DNA of 64,000 nt from contig CM052816.1 of assembly GCA_028534125.1 (NCBI GenBank), positions 70,248,001 to 70,312,000 of the forward strand, given 5' to 3'. This DNA comes from Lama glama (lineage: Eukaryota). The notes beneath the pieces are model-generated. The model was not told the DNA's origin. It saw only the letters and a list, made by a program, of their open reading frames with translations, and did not search any database. Position numbers and translations under genes: made by a program. This document shows, one piece after another, positions 39,285 to 53,369 of the stretch. Each line of letters starts with the position of its first letter. The stretch's first letter is position 1.

Positions 39285-40830
39285 ACGGGAGCATTCTCTG
39301 ATGCTCGATTCACATCCCCTCTGTAAGGTCAAAACACCTATCACCAACTGCTCTGAGTTTTAGCTTTCAAAGGATCAGAGTTGCTTTGTGCATGGAATTT
39401 ACCCTTGACTGAAGGAAACTGTCTCACGCAAGGTTACTCTCTTTCCCATGGTATGGCCCGTGGTCAGTGTCTGGGCACTTAGCCCCAAACTCTTGTCTAA
39501 ATTTGAGACAACTCTAAGAGCCATGCTGGCTTCAGAGCTTCTCATAGGATTGTCTGTCTTAGCTAAAACTACATTGCAGGTCAGGTCTTCACTCTGCCTT
39601 CCAGCCACTCCTGCTTTCTTCACTTCCTTACAAGTGTATTTCACAAGAGCATCCCCCACCCACTCTGCCCCTGGCCAGCCAGCCTGCATGCAACTTTCCC
39701 TCTCTGTTTCCAGGAAATGTATTCAAGCCAGTGGAACAAGAATGATTCTGGAAACAGTCTCTAAAATGGAATCATGAAGATGGATTACTCAGTGATAGGT
39801 TGTCAGTGAGGCCCTCATCACTGGTGGTAAGTGGAATGTGGCTAATCCCTGCCATGCAAATGATGTGCAATTGTTAAAACTTTCACCAGGGATGAACATA
39901 CAGGTGGAAGGAGACATACGGAGCAATACAGTATTTTTGACACTTGAGGGGTATGAGGGAAGTGGTAACTCTAATAACTATGGAATTGGTTGGCTTTCCT
40001 GAGAACCACTGAATCATGGGTGGTATGGTGACAATTGTAAAGTGCTTATTTACAGATCAAGGTAAAATATAAAAGCCAAATTGTCTTCTTGTGAGCATTC
40101 AAGGAAACCTTTACTCTTCTGCAGCCAGAGGACAGAGTAGAACACCAGGCTTAGGCTTAATCATTAGAGTAGTGAAGTTTGAGAAGGTTGAATTCTTATA
40201 CCAGTAGGTATTCTACATCGAGCTCAGGGCACAAATAGGGAAGGAATGGGACACTGGGACTTAGAATGGGGACATCTGAGTAGATTTACTTCAGAACCTT
40301 GAGCTCCTAGAATCTCCTGAAACCTCCAGTCTCTTTGAAGTGGTTCATTCCCCTGTTAGAAAATAGTGAGACCATTAGATTTGAGATAGGGACATCTGGG
40401 TAGGTCCACTCCAGAACCTCGAGCTTCAGAAGTGGTTTATTCTCCCCATTAGAAAATAGTGACTGCCTGTTGCTTTAAGATGATGCAAAGGCCTCAAATG
40501 AGCTAGATGCTTACAAGAACTTGTTCTCCTCAAGATCTAGATCAAATTCTCCTTAAGGCAATCAGAGTCAAATCCCATAGTCTGGCAGCAATACTCAGAT
40601 CCCAACAGAGGCAGGCTGGACTCTGTTGGTCTGCCAAAGGAGAAGAGGGATTTTGTGCCAAAGAGGCTGAAGAATATGCCTGCAGTTTTGGAATACTTTA
40701 CATTGGAACGAAACTTGAAGATGCTGGATGAAGGAAGGTAGAACATATAATTAGATATGGGAGCATTCTCTCTTGATATAGCATTTAACACTCTGGTAAG
40801 AATTCTAGTAGGCATTGTTTTGTGTCCACG
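39285..40830 (+). mobile_element. ERVL/ERV16-like provirus remnant: LTR16-like LTR (~39285-39730), PBS and degenerate gag-region internal sequence
   Basis: LTR16-like 'gagacaactctaagagccat...ttccaggaaa', then a PBS-like 'tggaacaagaatgattct'; the internal region is colinear with 53690-54650. Confidence 0.7.
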
Positions 40831-40899
40831 CCCAAAGGTTCATTCACTTAGTTTTTCTCCAAACCATCTTGCCCTAATCCAGTTTTGTTCCCTACAGAT

Positions 40900-41205
40900 C
40901 CATGAATTATAAAAATAGGCAAGATATTATAAACAGGCAACTCTCAAAGGAAGACATACATTTGACTAAAAAACTCTTTTTTTAAAAAAAGAGTCCACTC
41001 AGTAACTCAAAACATATAACGTAAAACAACAGATTTTTTCACCTATCAAATGGGAAGAGATTTAAAAAACTGAGAAAATTATCTGTGAAAATGATGGGAA
41101 TTGAGAACTTTCATTTTCATGTATGGCTAGTGATACTTTAAATTGGTACTGTATTTTTGAGGGTTTATTGACATAAATGATCAAAAATGTAAATACATAG
41201 ACTTT
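40900..41205 (+). mobile_element. Old L1 ORF2 3' fragment
   Basis: 'aaataggcaagatattataaacaggcaactctcaaaggaagacatac...tttttcacctatcaaatggg'. Confidence 0.65.
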
Positions 41206-41379
41206 TACTTCTGATCATGATGGAATAATAGTGATTACATTTCTTTTTTTTTTCACTATTTGGATATTTTTATATTTTCCTTCTAGATTTATAAGAGCTG
41301 TATGAATGACAATTACCTTTTTTTGGCTTGTCATGTATGTTACAAATATTTTCCATAATTTCTAGTTCCTTTATTTATT

Positions 41380-41534
41380 ATGGCTGGAACTAGGGTAAGG
41401 CAAATGGGATGCCTAGGGTGAGAAGTTTAAAGAGGCTCTCACTTGGGCTGTCACATCTTGCATTTGCATGACCCTAAAAATGAATGCCTCCTTAAGAATA
41501 AAATGCCAAAAGCTTCACCCTAGTCCTAACCCTG
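41380..41534. mobile_element. MER53-like palindromic hAT MITE
   Basis: 'ggctggaactagggtaaggc...tttaaagaggctctcac...tgaatgcctccttaa...caccctagtcctaaccctg'. Confidence 0.75.
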
Positions 41535-41789
41535 TTACTTATAATAGTTATTTTCTGCTATAAATGATTGGAAAATCGAGCAAATATGTGAAATAATCTG
41601 TTTTCAGACAGTGCAAACCTTGATCTCTAAGATAAGGGAAACAAATGAAATGTGCCCTATGATACCTGTGGGTTTTGCTTGGTAATACTTTCTGGATCAT
41701 TGTGCAGGGAAGAGGTCCCCCCAAAGTATGCCACTTTCACTGAGTTGAGGAAGTAGATATAAGAGTTCATGGTAGTTAGGGCAACAGGA

Positions 41790-44420
41790 AGTGTGATGCC
41801 TCCAGCTTTATTCTTCTTTCTCAAGATTACTTTGGTTGTTCAAGGTCCACCATGGTTACATACAAATTTTAAGTTCTTTTTTCCATTTGTGTGCAAAATG
41901 CCATTGGAATTTTGATAGGGATTGTATTAACTCTGTAAATTGATTTGGGTAGTATGGACATTTTAAGTATTCTTCCTGTAGATGGATGTTGGTGATGGTT
42001 GCACAATAATGTGAACGTACTTAGACAAGTATCCCTCATGAACAAAGAAGTAAAAATCCTTAATAAAGTATTAGAAAATTGAATACATTTATGTCTAAAA
42101 ATAACAATATACCATGGCCATGTGGAGTTTATCTCAGAAATAAAAGTTACTGTAACATTAGGAAATCAATAAGTATAATTCACCATGTAAGCAGGATAAA
42201 ATATAAGAACAATATGATTGCAGTAGATACAGATAAAATATTTGACAATGTTTAACATTTATTCATAATAAAATTATCCAGCAAACTATGAAGAGAATCC
42301 CTCAAAATGAAAAAGAAATCTATAAAACCTTACCATCATCATACTTAAAAGACTGATTCCTAAGCTGAGGAACAGGACAAGGTTATTCACTCTCATCACT
42401 CCTAATATCATTTTATTCAAGATCCTAGCCAGTGCAAAAAGGCAAGAAAATGAAAGAAGAGGCATACAGAATGGAAAGGAGGAATTAAAACTGTTTTTAT
42501 TTTCAGGTGATATGATTGTGCCTGTAGAAAATACTAAGGAATCTATAAACAACAGAATCAGAAGAAGAATTAGGATGTTGTTTGGATACAGGGTTAATAT
42601 ACAAAAGTTAATTGCATTTGTATGTACTAGCAATAACAAATTTGAAATTGAAATTTCAAAAATTTGATTTTTAATAGCTTCAAAACCTGGAGTATTTAGA
42701 ACTAAATGTAACACAATATATGCAAAACCTGTATACTGTTCCAAATATGAATAAGAAAACCCAAGTAAGACCTAAAAAATTGAAGAAATATGCTGATTGA
42801 TTAGAAGACTCTATGTTGTTAAAATATTAGTTCTTCCCAAGTTGATTCATGTATTCAACCTAATCCCAATCAAAATCCCTGCTGGCTTTTGGAAGAAGTG
42901 CACAGATGGATTCCAAAATATAAGTATTTGTGCAAAGAACTTAGAATTGTTAAAACAGATTTGAAAAAGAGAACAAAAGTTTAGAACATAATACAACTTT
43001 ATGTCAAGACTTACTATAAAGCTATATCAATTCAAGTCAGTATATTACTGGCATAAGGATGCACATTTAGGTCAGTGAAACAGAATGGAGAAACCCATTG
43101 GTCAATTGATATTCAACAGAGATGCCAAAGTAATTAAATGGAGAAAGGATAATCTTCTTAAAAAATAGTACTGGAAAAACTGGATATCCATATGGAAAAA
43201 AGAAAGAATCTTAACCTTTATACCATACAGAAAATTTACGCACCACACATAAAAATTAACTCAAAATGAATCATAGGCTTAAACATAAGAATTAAAAGTA
43301 TAAAACTGCAGGAAGAAAGTGTAAAGAAAACCTTCAGGACTTGGGTAGGCACAGATTTCTTAAATGGCATACCAAATGCATGACCGATCAAAATTACAAA
43401 TTGTCTATCATCAAGATTAAAAAATTCTTTTTTATGAGAGACTTAATTAATAAATTAAAAGACAAATCATTGACTGAGAAACATTTTACAGCACAGATAT
43501 TTTTCAAAAGACTTGTATCCAGAATATATAAAGAACATTCACAACTCAGTAAGAAGAAAGCTCAGTTTAAAATGAGGAAAATATGAATAGATACTTTCAA
43601 AAATGAAGACATAAAAATGATGATAAAGCACATAAAAATATTCAACAATATTATTTATCAGTAAAATGAAAATTAAAAGCACAGTGAGGTTGTACTACAC
43701 ACCATATCCCAGTAGAGTAGCTAAAATTGAAAAGACTGAAGATATTAAATGTTGATGAGGATATGGAGAAACTGAAACTCTCACATTGCTGGCAGGAATG
43801 CAAAATGATAAAACTACTTTGGAAAACAGTTTGGCAGATTTTTTATAAAATTATGTATATATTTACAACAAAACCCAGTTATTACATTCCAAGGTATCTA
43901 CCCAGAGAAATGAAACTGTATATCCACATGAAGACTTCTCTGTGAGTAAGACATCTTTGTTCATAATAGCCCCAAATAGAATTAAAACAAATTTCCATGA
44001 AGAGGTAATTGGTTAAATATCCTTGCTATGGAATACTACTCAGTCATAAAAAGAATGGACTACTGATTCAGGCAGTAATATGGATGAATCTCAAAATATG
44101 CTGAGTGAAAGAAACCAGACACAAAAGAGTACATACTGCATAATCTCATTTCTGTGAAATTCTAGAAAAAGGAAATGAGGTCAGTATTGACAGAAAACAA
44201 ATTAATGATTTCCTAGGGCAACTTGTGGAGTTGAGGTTGACTGTAAATAGTAATGAAGAAACTTTTTATATTGATACATTCTGTATCTTGATTGTGGTTG
44301 TAGTTACATGGGTATATTTGTCCAAATAAATTTGTCAAAGCTCATTGAACTGTGCACTTAAAATTGGTGCATTTTGTTGTTTGTAAATCACATTTCTATA
44401 AATTTGGTTAAGAAGAATTA
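41790..44420 (+). mobile_element. Old L1M ORF2 3' half and 3'UTR (plus, 42025-44420), preceded by a minus-strand L1 piece (41790-41970)
   Basis: Degenerate RT and C-terminal ORF2 motifs ('ttttcaggtgatatgattgtg', HCWQECKMIKLLWKTVWQ); L1M 3'UTR 'ctcattgaactgtgcacttaaaattggtgcattt'. Confidence 0.85.
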
Positions 44421-44761
44421 AATGTGAATGTTATTTGAAACAATAATCCTATTTCTCAGAATGTATAGTAAAAAATTGGACAATTATGAGAAATATATGA
44501 ACAAAAATATTTATTGTTGTTGTCTCTAAAATTCTTACAAATTGAATTCAAATCCATTTCTGTCAAGAGAAGGTGGCTGAATAAATCCATAGAATAGAAT
44601 ATTCTGCAGCCATTGGAAGGTATGAACTTTATAAAGCTATGTATATAGACAAAAGATTTGTCTATAATAAAGTAAAGAGGGAATAATGCAGAATATAGGA
44701 TGGATTTGTACATAAATTATAAATGTGTTTATCTCTCTCTCTCTCTCTCTGTGTATGCATG

Positions 44762-45263
44762 TGTATTAAGAGTTCTCCCGAGAAGAAGAAAAATAGAATG
44801 TGTGTTTTTGCATATATATATATATATATGTATCTCTATATCATGTATATAATGAGACTTATTTTAAGGAATTGGCTCATACAATAGTGGATGCTTGATG
44901 TCTCCAAAATCTGGTGGGGGAGGCTGGCAGGTTGGAAATTCAGGAAAGAGCTGAAGTTTGAGTCTAAATGCAATCTGTTGTAGAAATAAGAAGAACCAAT
45001 GTTGCAGATAAAGTACTGAGGTAGTCTTCTGCACAGGTCTCTCTTGCTCCAGAGAGGTCAGCCTTTTGTTTTATTAAGACCTTCAGCTGATTGGATGAGG
45101 CCCACCCACATTGTGCAGGGCAGTCTGCTTTACTCAGAATTCACTGATTTAAATGTAAATCTTGTTCAAAACCACCCTTGTAGGAACAACCAGAATAATG
45201 TTTGACCAAATATCTGGGCAATCCATAGTCCAGCCTAGTTGACACATAAAATTAACCATCTCA
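44762..45263 (-). mobile_element. MLT2-like ERVL solo LTR with an internal (TA)n
   Basis: 'tgtattaagagttctcc...aaggaattggctcatacaat...gattggatgaggcccacccacatt...agttgacacataaaattaaccatctca'. Confidence 0.85.
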
Positions 45264-45419
45264 GTATACATGTGCTTATCACAGAAATATTACTTCTTTG
45301 TTTTTTAATGCTATTGTGGTGGGTTTTTTTTTTAAATCAAATCAGGAGCATTTGTTGTAATCAGAAAAATCATCAAGATCTGTTTTTTTTAAACTGTTTT
45401 CAATATATAGAATTATTTA

Positions 45420-45670
45420 TTTTTTATTAAAGTAAAATTGGCATACAACATTGTGTAAGTATAAGGTGTATGTGTTGATTTGATACATTTATAAATGGCA
45501 TTTGTTTTTAAATTCCTTTTTATTGTGCTAAAATATATGGTATGTAATATTTACCATTTTAACCATCTTAAGTGTAGGGTTCACTTATGGCATTAAGTAC
45601 ATTCACATTATTGTGCAACCATCACCAACATCCATCTGTAGAACTTTTTCATCTTCCCTAATCGAATCTA
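45420..45670 (-). mobile_element. L1MA/MB-type 3' ends
   Basis: 'tttaccattttaaccatcttaagtgtagggttca...cattaagtacattcacattattgtgcaaccatcacca'. Confidence 0.7.
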
Positions 45671-46964
45671 TTTGTTTTTAAATGTGGCATTAATTGAGTA
45701 AAAGACACACATGTAAAATGCCAAGATCTGATTCTGAAGGTGAAAATCATGTGTCAACAACTTAGATTAACTGGGATTTCAGTAGTCCTGTTTACTTATA
45801 TTGTGCCTCCCAAACCCCCTTTTAAATTATATAGTCTGTTGATTTATGCATAATTCTCCAGTAGCAGAAATGGAGAGCCTGCATTAGGTTTTATTAGGGG
45901 TAAACAGTTGTTTCTTATTTCTTCTATTTCCTTTCATAAAAAGATTCTTCTGTTAAAATAATCTTGGCCTCTCTCTGCTCTTTCATTCACCCTTCCCCAG
46001 GGAAGGAGAAGTTACTTTCTTATCTGATTGATGTATTTGGGAGAAAGGTCTCTCCCTATCTCTCTTTGAGATCTGCCTGTCTGCAGAGAGCACATCTTCT
46101 CCTAACCTTTGCCCATTAGATACAAAGGCTCTTCCTCTACTGGGAAGACCTGTGTTTTTCCACTCTAATTATGGAGTTCAGAACCCAATTTTGTAGCATG
46201 TCTAAACCACATTCTCCAACATCAGCTTTAATGGTAATACAGCTTGCATTTTGCTTTCCTATGTCTAATGTCTGTCTCTCAGTTGGATTTGAACACCTGT
46301 GGGTTACTGAGGGGGTATTAATGTATTTTTTATTTACCTCCTTAAATTTTAAGAGGAGAGTGTACATTATATTCATCTTCACTAGAAGTTGAGTAGACAC
46401 ACTCTACCTACGCTACTCATTGTAGATCCTCTTGGATGCATATTTGCTGATGGGTGACAAGTTGCCACAACATTGCATTGTTCATGGAAGTACCACAAGA
46501 GTGCTCTGAACCATGGCCCTCTTGGCTTTTAGGATACATGAAACTTAGTCAATGGCAATAATACATTATCACCCTTTGTGTGTGAATTCTTGTGTAAATA
46601 TTTGTACCTATAAAGGGCATGTATTATGTTTTTGAATAAAATTGTTAGACTAAGAATTTAGCAGTTTATATATAAGAATGTTACCTATTCAAAGCATTCA
46701 GAATTGAGGTCAGAATATAAAATACCTAAAGTCACATGTAACCTTTCAATTACTCTGTTTTTCTCAATGGATAAGTTAGAATATTTTTTATTTTCATCTG
46801 CATTGTTTTATATACTCAAGAAAAGCTTGCCAAATCTTATAAATAGACATCTAGTTTTATTAGCCCACTACATTTTTTCAAGCAACCTACATTCCAATAA
46901 AAATGTCCCCAGGTGCTAAAAATGAAAATTGGTATTCTTATCTAGTCATCCAACAGAAATCGTT

Positions 46965-47790
46965 ATTTTTTTAACTATTTTTTTTTACTGAATGTTGTGT
47001 CAATTTCTGGTGCACAGCATAATGCTTCAGTCATACATGAACATACATATATTCATTTTCGTATTCTTTTTCATTATAGGTTGCTATAAGATACTGAATA
47101 TAGTTCCCTGTGCTCTAACAGTAGAAACTTGTTGTTTATCTATTTTATATATAGCAGTTAGTATCTGCAAATTTCAAAATCCCAATTTATCCCTTCCCAT
47201 CCCCTTCCCCCCGGTAACCATAAGTTTGTTTCCATGTCTGTGAAACTGTTTCTGTTTTGTAAATAAGTTCATTTTTTTAAGATTCCACATATAAGTGATA
47301 TCATATGGTATTTTTCTTTCTCTTTCTAGCTTACTTCACTTTGAATGACAATCTCCAGGTCCATCCATGTTGCTGGCAATGGCATTATTTTATTATTTTT
47401 TATGAATGAGTAGTATTCCATTATATAAATATACCACAACTTCTTTATCTGGTCCTCTGTTGATGGACATTTAGGTTGTTTCCTTGTCTTGGCTATTGTA
47501 AATAGTGCTGCTATGAACATTCAGGTGCATGTATCTTTTTGAATTAGAGTTCCCTCTGATAATATATGCCCAAGAATGGGATTGCTAGATCAAAAGGTAA
47601 GTCTATTTTTAGTCTTTTGAGGAATTTCCATACTGTTTTCCAAAATGGCTGCACCAAACTACATTCCCACCAACAGTGTAGGAGGGTTTCCTTTTCTCCA
47701 CACCATCTCCAGCATTTATTGTTTGTGGACTTTGGAATGATGGCCATTCTGACTGGTGTGAGGTGATATCTCATTGTACTTTTGATTTGC
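46965..47790 (-). mobile_element. Young 5'-truncated L1 (ORF2 C-terminus and 3'UTR)
   Basis: [50 protein letters not shown] and MFIAALFTIAKTRKQPKCPS..KLWYIY; 3'UTR similar to 1873-1990. Confidence 0.92.
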
Positions 47791-50339
47791 ACCAAAATAC
47801 TTATTAGCATTAGAAAATCAGTGAGTGTCTACCAATAGGTATGGCAGCACATAAATTTAAAATGGGGAAAACAATGATACCAATTTTAGTATTGTTAGTA
47901 ATTGAGATGGATATTATGTGCTTTGGGAAATATGTTTGTGTTACATGTCAAATCCTATTACAAAATATGTCATTAGAATGGAAAGATTCATAGCAGAAGG
48001 CATGTCCACACCCCTGGCCAATGGCCCGTTTATTTCAAGCAACATCCAATACAAAACAGAGACATTTCCACTGTCTTTGGAATTCACTAATAAAATTTGG
48101 CTTGTGTTACCATATACCTCCTGCCAAAGGATTCGTATCTAGTACACATTTTCCTGTGCGTTGATCCTGGAACTGAATTCTCCACGATCCCTTTCCACAC
48201 TCTCTTGAATTCCCTCTCCACATTCCTGCTAGACCCTCGAACTAGACTGTAGATTTTACTTCTCTTGAAGGTTTCAAAATGGGTGGAAAGTATTTTGGGT
48301 AAGCCAGAAATTCTCTAAGAACTTTGCTGAGATCTAATTATTCCAGATGATAAAGCATTGCCTTCCAATACATGTCAGGATTGGGTAGCATAATCTGCTG
48401 ATACCTGAGGAATGCAGCTGGGCAATCACTTGAGTCTTAGGGCTTTCAGAGGATTGATTTAGATGGGTAATGGTTCCAAGTCTGAATCAGAATCCAGTTT
48501 TAAATACAATTTTAGCATCTCTGGGAATATAATGGAACAAGATATAATATAAATGTCCAATTGAACAAATTCCCCAGATAGGAAGTAGTATCTTATAGTT
48601 CCTGGGAACTAAAACTTCTTTCTGAATCTACTGATTTTACACACAAAGGTTGCCACTTAAATTGTAAAGTGTCACAGCTGGAAAATGAGGAACTAGATCT
48701 CAAAGACAAAAGTCCTGCTCGGCGTTCTGATGGACAGAAATAGGAAAACACTTGAATAACATCTGAGAGGCTTGATTGGAAAGAATAGCCAAAGCATGGC
48801 TGTAGCTGCTGCAGGACAGGTGTTGCACTTGCCAATACTAACTGCAGGAACCCTTCTTGAATGGAGATTATTTTAAAAAGTGGCAATGTATTAGAAAAAT
48901 TTTAAAAATCAACTAAATCCTAATTTAGAATTATCAATCCATTGCATCATTTTCAGCAGAATGTTGAATATTTATTTGTCAAATGCATCTAAAGGTTTTC
49001 TTGGTAGAGGTATAGAAAACTTGAAGTTATCTGGTAGTTGTAAGTGGTTCCTGTTGGAGGGAAAAATCGAAAACAAAACAGAAGCCTTTTTTGATGTTGC
49101 TTTTGTGTATGAATCTTCTGTTGTATCATGTTGAAACTGTGTGAATAGATTTTCCTAGGTGGAATTGCTCTGTAGCTCAACTCAATAATGTTCCAGAAGA
49201 AAAATGGGTGGGAGAGTTAAGAAAAAAATATTTCCAGACACCCATTTGCTCCAGTAGGATATTATTCCTTCCACTCTCTGTGGGGTTCTTAGGGTTTGCC
49301 CTTCAGTTGGTCATGCCATAATTTAGTGCTTTTGCTGCCCCCCAAAGTATTGCCCTGGTTTTCTAGTCCAACAGATAACAGTGGTTCATTGTGTCACTCC
49401 TGATATATTAGAGACCTTGGAAAGTTGCAGTCCTACTTACTTATCAAAAGCCAGCTCAAATGCTCACCATGAACCCGAAAGTCAAGGATGCAAATCCAAC
49501 ACTCAAAGTCCTTTATTTCAGTGCCAGCGACTTTTAGACAGACCCTTGACAGCTCCCAAAAGACAGCAGGTAAACAGCAGCTTTTGACCTAAAGATTTGT
49601 ATAATTTTTGGCCAACAAAAATCTTATATGAAGGTTCTGCTAAGTACACATTTCTTCTTAACAACCTGTTCAGTTGAAATTAGAATTTTCTTCTCCCAAT
49701 AGCACTTAACATAATCAAAATTATACTTCTTAATAGAAAGAAACAAGCCCACGTTATAATGTTGTGTTTTTATTATCTCTAAGAGTAAATGATACTGGTC
49801 GCATTGAAAAAATTCTAGGTAATCAATAAGAAATCCTTACACAACCATGTGAATTTTTCTCTGCATTATTTATCTTATTTTACACTTCAGAGAACATCAA
49901 GAGGTCACAGGACTTGTTCCGTCGTCCTCACAAGGTTAGTGAGTGGCTCAGGTAGAATGAAATCTGACAGCCCAGACCACTTAATCTGTGGAGAATCCAG
50001 GTGCCAGACACAATGGGGATAAGTGTCACAAGTGAAAACAATCGCAAATGAGCCTCTGAAAACCCATGAATACCCTGTGTAAGTGTTTATTTTACAGACT
50101 GAAATGGTAGTGCATTTATTGGTTTTCTTTTCAAATGGTCCTTGAAACTGAAAGCTTATTCACTTCATAACCTCCAGTGAACTTGTAGTGACTATAGAAT
50201 TCATCAAATGACTTAATATGGAAATATGGAAATGTTGGAGATGGCTTTGCATTTTTAAACTTGAAGGAGGACGTTCAGACACTAGGAAAAACTAATTAGC
50301 TCAACCATTTGTAACAGAATAACTGACTTAGAACTGAGG

Positions 50340-50666
50340 CAGTGACATACTGGAACTGGCTTTCACGGGCTCACAAAGGCCCAGTGTTAAACTTTTGGGA
50401 ATTCTGCAACCTGATTGGTATTACGACCACTATTAAAAATTGAATGATGTAAAATTATAATTAAATAAATTGTATCAAAAGTGAAGGTAAATATATTTAA
50501 GAATCATCATTTCCTAATTATTTCACCACATTTTATTATAACCTGCACTCCTGAGGTTACATACCTGTAGGGGAAATACTATATTATATTATGTTAGTGC
50601 AATCTTTTCCCAGTTCCCCAAACTGTGGCTGAAATGGTCTATCTACATGCTGTTTTAGCACCCACT
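50340..50666. mobile_element. MER63-like hAT-Blackjack element
   Basis: 'cagtgacatactggaactggct...attataattaaataaattgtat...tttcctaattatttcaccacattttattat...tagcacccact'. Confidence 0.65.
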
Positions 50667-50952
50667 ACATCTGCTGTTTTTTTGTCAAAGAGTCATGCCA
50701 TATAGAGATGCTTTCTGGAGTCCTATATCTGCTGTTTCTTTCTGTAAGTTCTAAGACAGCAAAGTGAACATTTCAATTGAGTCTCCAAGCATATGGACGA
50801 TTCCAGGAGTCAGAGAAAAGATTAAGGATAGTCCTCCAGATTGAGAAAACAGTATGACTTAAAAATAGAGAAGGAGAAACATAGAACATGTGTAATGTTC
50901 AAAAAGATCTCTGTAACCCAGATATCATCTAGATCTTCCTACCTTTTTAGAT

Positions 50953-50966
50953 TATCTGTCTGTCTA

Positions 50967-51024
<58 letters not shown>
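50953..51024 (+). repeat. Compound (TCTG)n(TCTA)n microsatellite
   Basis: Seen directly. Confidence 0.95.
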
Positions 51025-51026
<2 letters not shown>

Positions 51027-51044
51027 ATTGTCACCATTTACCCT

Positions 51045-51200
51045 TCACGCTTCTCAAATTGCTCTCTTAAATGTGCATATAAATCAAATTCTAATTCTCT
51101 AGGCTAGAGTTGGTGCCTGAGATTCTGCATTTTAAACAAACTCCCAGGCCAGGCTGATTTTACTGATCTGTGACACATACTTCACAATGCAAGGACCTAA
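51045..51200. mobile_element. MER5-like MITE
   Basis: 'gcctgagattctgcattttaaacaaactcccagg...gcaaggaccta'. Confidence 0.65.
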
Positions 51201-53369
51201 TACATACATGCATGCATATAAGCATGCACAGAAGTTTGATGCGAGCATTCGTCGTTGTTTCGGTAGAATTTATGGGAAGGGGCTAAACACCACACCTGGG
51301 TGATATCATGTGGACTATGGAGTAACCTGCACAGGTTAGAAAGAAAAATCCCTAAACTCAGCTAATTTGAAAGAAAGAGGAACTCAAACTCAGAGCCATG
51401 ATACTGTAACTCTCCTGGAAATTCAGCCTTGCTGGAATAGAGTATTGGACTTCTACGGGATGTGGACTAGTGTATTGAATCTACTTTATTGAAAGGAGTG
51501 GAAAGATCTAGATCTAGACATCTGGGTTACAGAGGTCTTTTTGAACATTACACATGGTCTGTGTTTCTCCTTCTCTACTTTTATGATCATGTTGTTTTCT
51601 CAATCTGGAGGACCATCCTTAAGACCCTTTCTCTGACTCCTGGAATCATCTATGTGCTTGGAGACTCAATTCAAACGTTTACTTTGCTCTCTAAGAACTT
51701 ACAGAAAGAAACAGCAGATACAGGACTCCAGAAAGCATCTCTAGGTCTTCATCTCTGTATGGCATGACTCCTTGATAACAAAAAGCACCAGCTGTAGTGG
51801 GAGTTAAAATAGCAAGTAGGCAGACCATTCCAGTTACAAGTAGTTGTATGGGTACCACTTAAAAATAAATTTGCTGAGGGGATTTAAACATACAAACCTG
51901 GAGTACTAACAACATTTGAGAAAAGTGAGATCAGTGGTTAATTGACATTTATGTCTCCATTTCACTCTTGAATGAGGTGGTCAGACCATTAGCCTAAAAC
52001 ATCTTTATGTGGAGAGACAACATCTCTTTAGTCTCTTTCTCTGAAGTTGCTTTAGTAAGTTATTCATAGACATAATGATAAGTAGTCAGGGAGAGTTCTA
52101 ACTGAATTGAGGGCAGTTGTATGTCAGGCAATGGAGGAATAGGGAAAGGGTATGAGTACAAACAGCACTGGCAACACAGTAAGAAAGCTCAGAATCTGGT
52201 CCTGGCTCCGATGCCGAGACTGTTTGTAGACTCTGCTTCTTTGCCTCTGGGCGAAGGGTTGTATCCCCTTTCTAAATTTCTTTTGTGATCAATCACGGGA
52301 CCATAGAATTTTCCAATTCACTAAGAACCTAAAAGGTTATTTGCTTTGAGACCTGAATAGACCCTCAGAACTTCTATGACTCCTCTGAGCTTACACAATA
52401 TTGAATCCAACAAATTTTTGTAACTTAGAGACCAATTATTTTGCTCATCTGGCCATTTAAAAGAAAAACCCAACTCTTTCCCCTGAGTACCTACAGCACT
52501 TTACTCTTGTCTGGGCTCAGTTTTATCAGCACTGCTATTTTATTTCATTTATTGGAATAGAGTGGATGCATTAGTTCCTTGCATTTGAAACAATTACTAA
52601 ATAAAGACATTCCTCCTCTAAAACTGGTGGTGCTATAACCTGGAATAACCTGCTTTCTTCCTGGTAACAACATTACAGGAAAACTAAGAATACTTATCAG
52701 AGATCAGGAATAATTTTTACCCTCCAGAGTGAACTGGAGGTTCCTTCTGAGTCCAGCCTACTGAAAAAAAAAGTGAATTTTTGTTGAAAGTCTGGTGAGG
52801 TTTATTTCTGACTTCCTTCTGCCTTCTCATAGGGGTATGGCTAATGATGAACCTTTATCAAAGATGTAGTTTCCTCATGTTACCTTTTGCTTTTCTAGGT
52901 CTTCCCGACATTCTGAAGTTATTGTCTGTGTCTCAAACCTCCCTCCTTATTTCTCCCTGAATATCTATTCTAATACTGGTCCAGTTAGAAATACCTGATA
53001 ACAGAATTCACAGTAAAACTTTGATGACTTTGATTCTGTCTAGAAAGTTTACATTCCAGGGCCCTTTGATTAAGCCAGAACAAATGAATACTTTTGTTAG
53101 AGTAATCAAGAAACTAGATAGCACCCCTAAAATCCAAACCAAACCTCCATTTCTCCTACATCTAAAGGTGGCCCTTGTCCCAAGTGGGAATTAAGGACAG
53201 TCCAGAGTTCAGTAGGTGACAGGATCTGACAGGCATCAGTCAGAGCCCCAAGGAAACTGCTGTTCAGTTTAACCAGCATTATTTCTCCAGCATATCCAGG
53301 TATGTAGTAGACTCTTGGTACCAACCCAGACCCCACTACCACGCTAGTGTACCCATCCCTCAGTTATTA

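Noticed and set aside
42286..42744. 152-aa hydrophobic minus-strand ORF
   Set aside because: Antisense of A-rich L1 ORF2
46950..47810. TSD for the young L1 (aaatcgttatt / aaatacttatt)
   Set aside because: Too short and mismatched to assert
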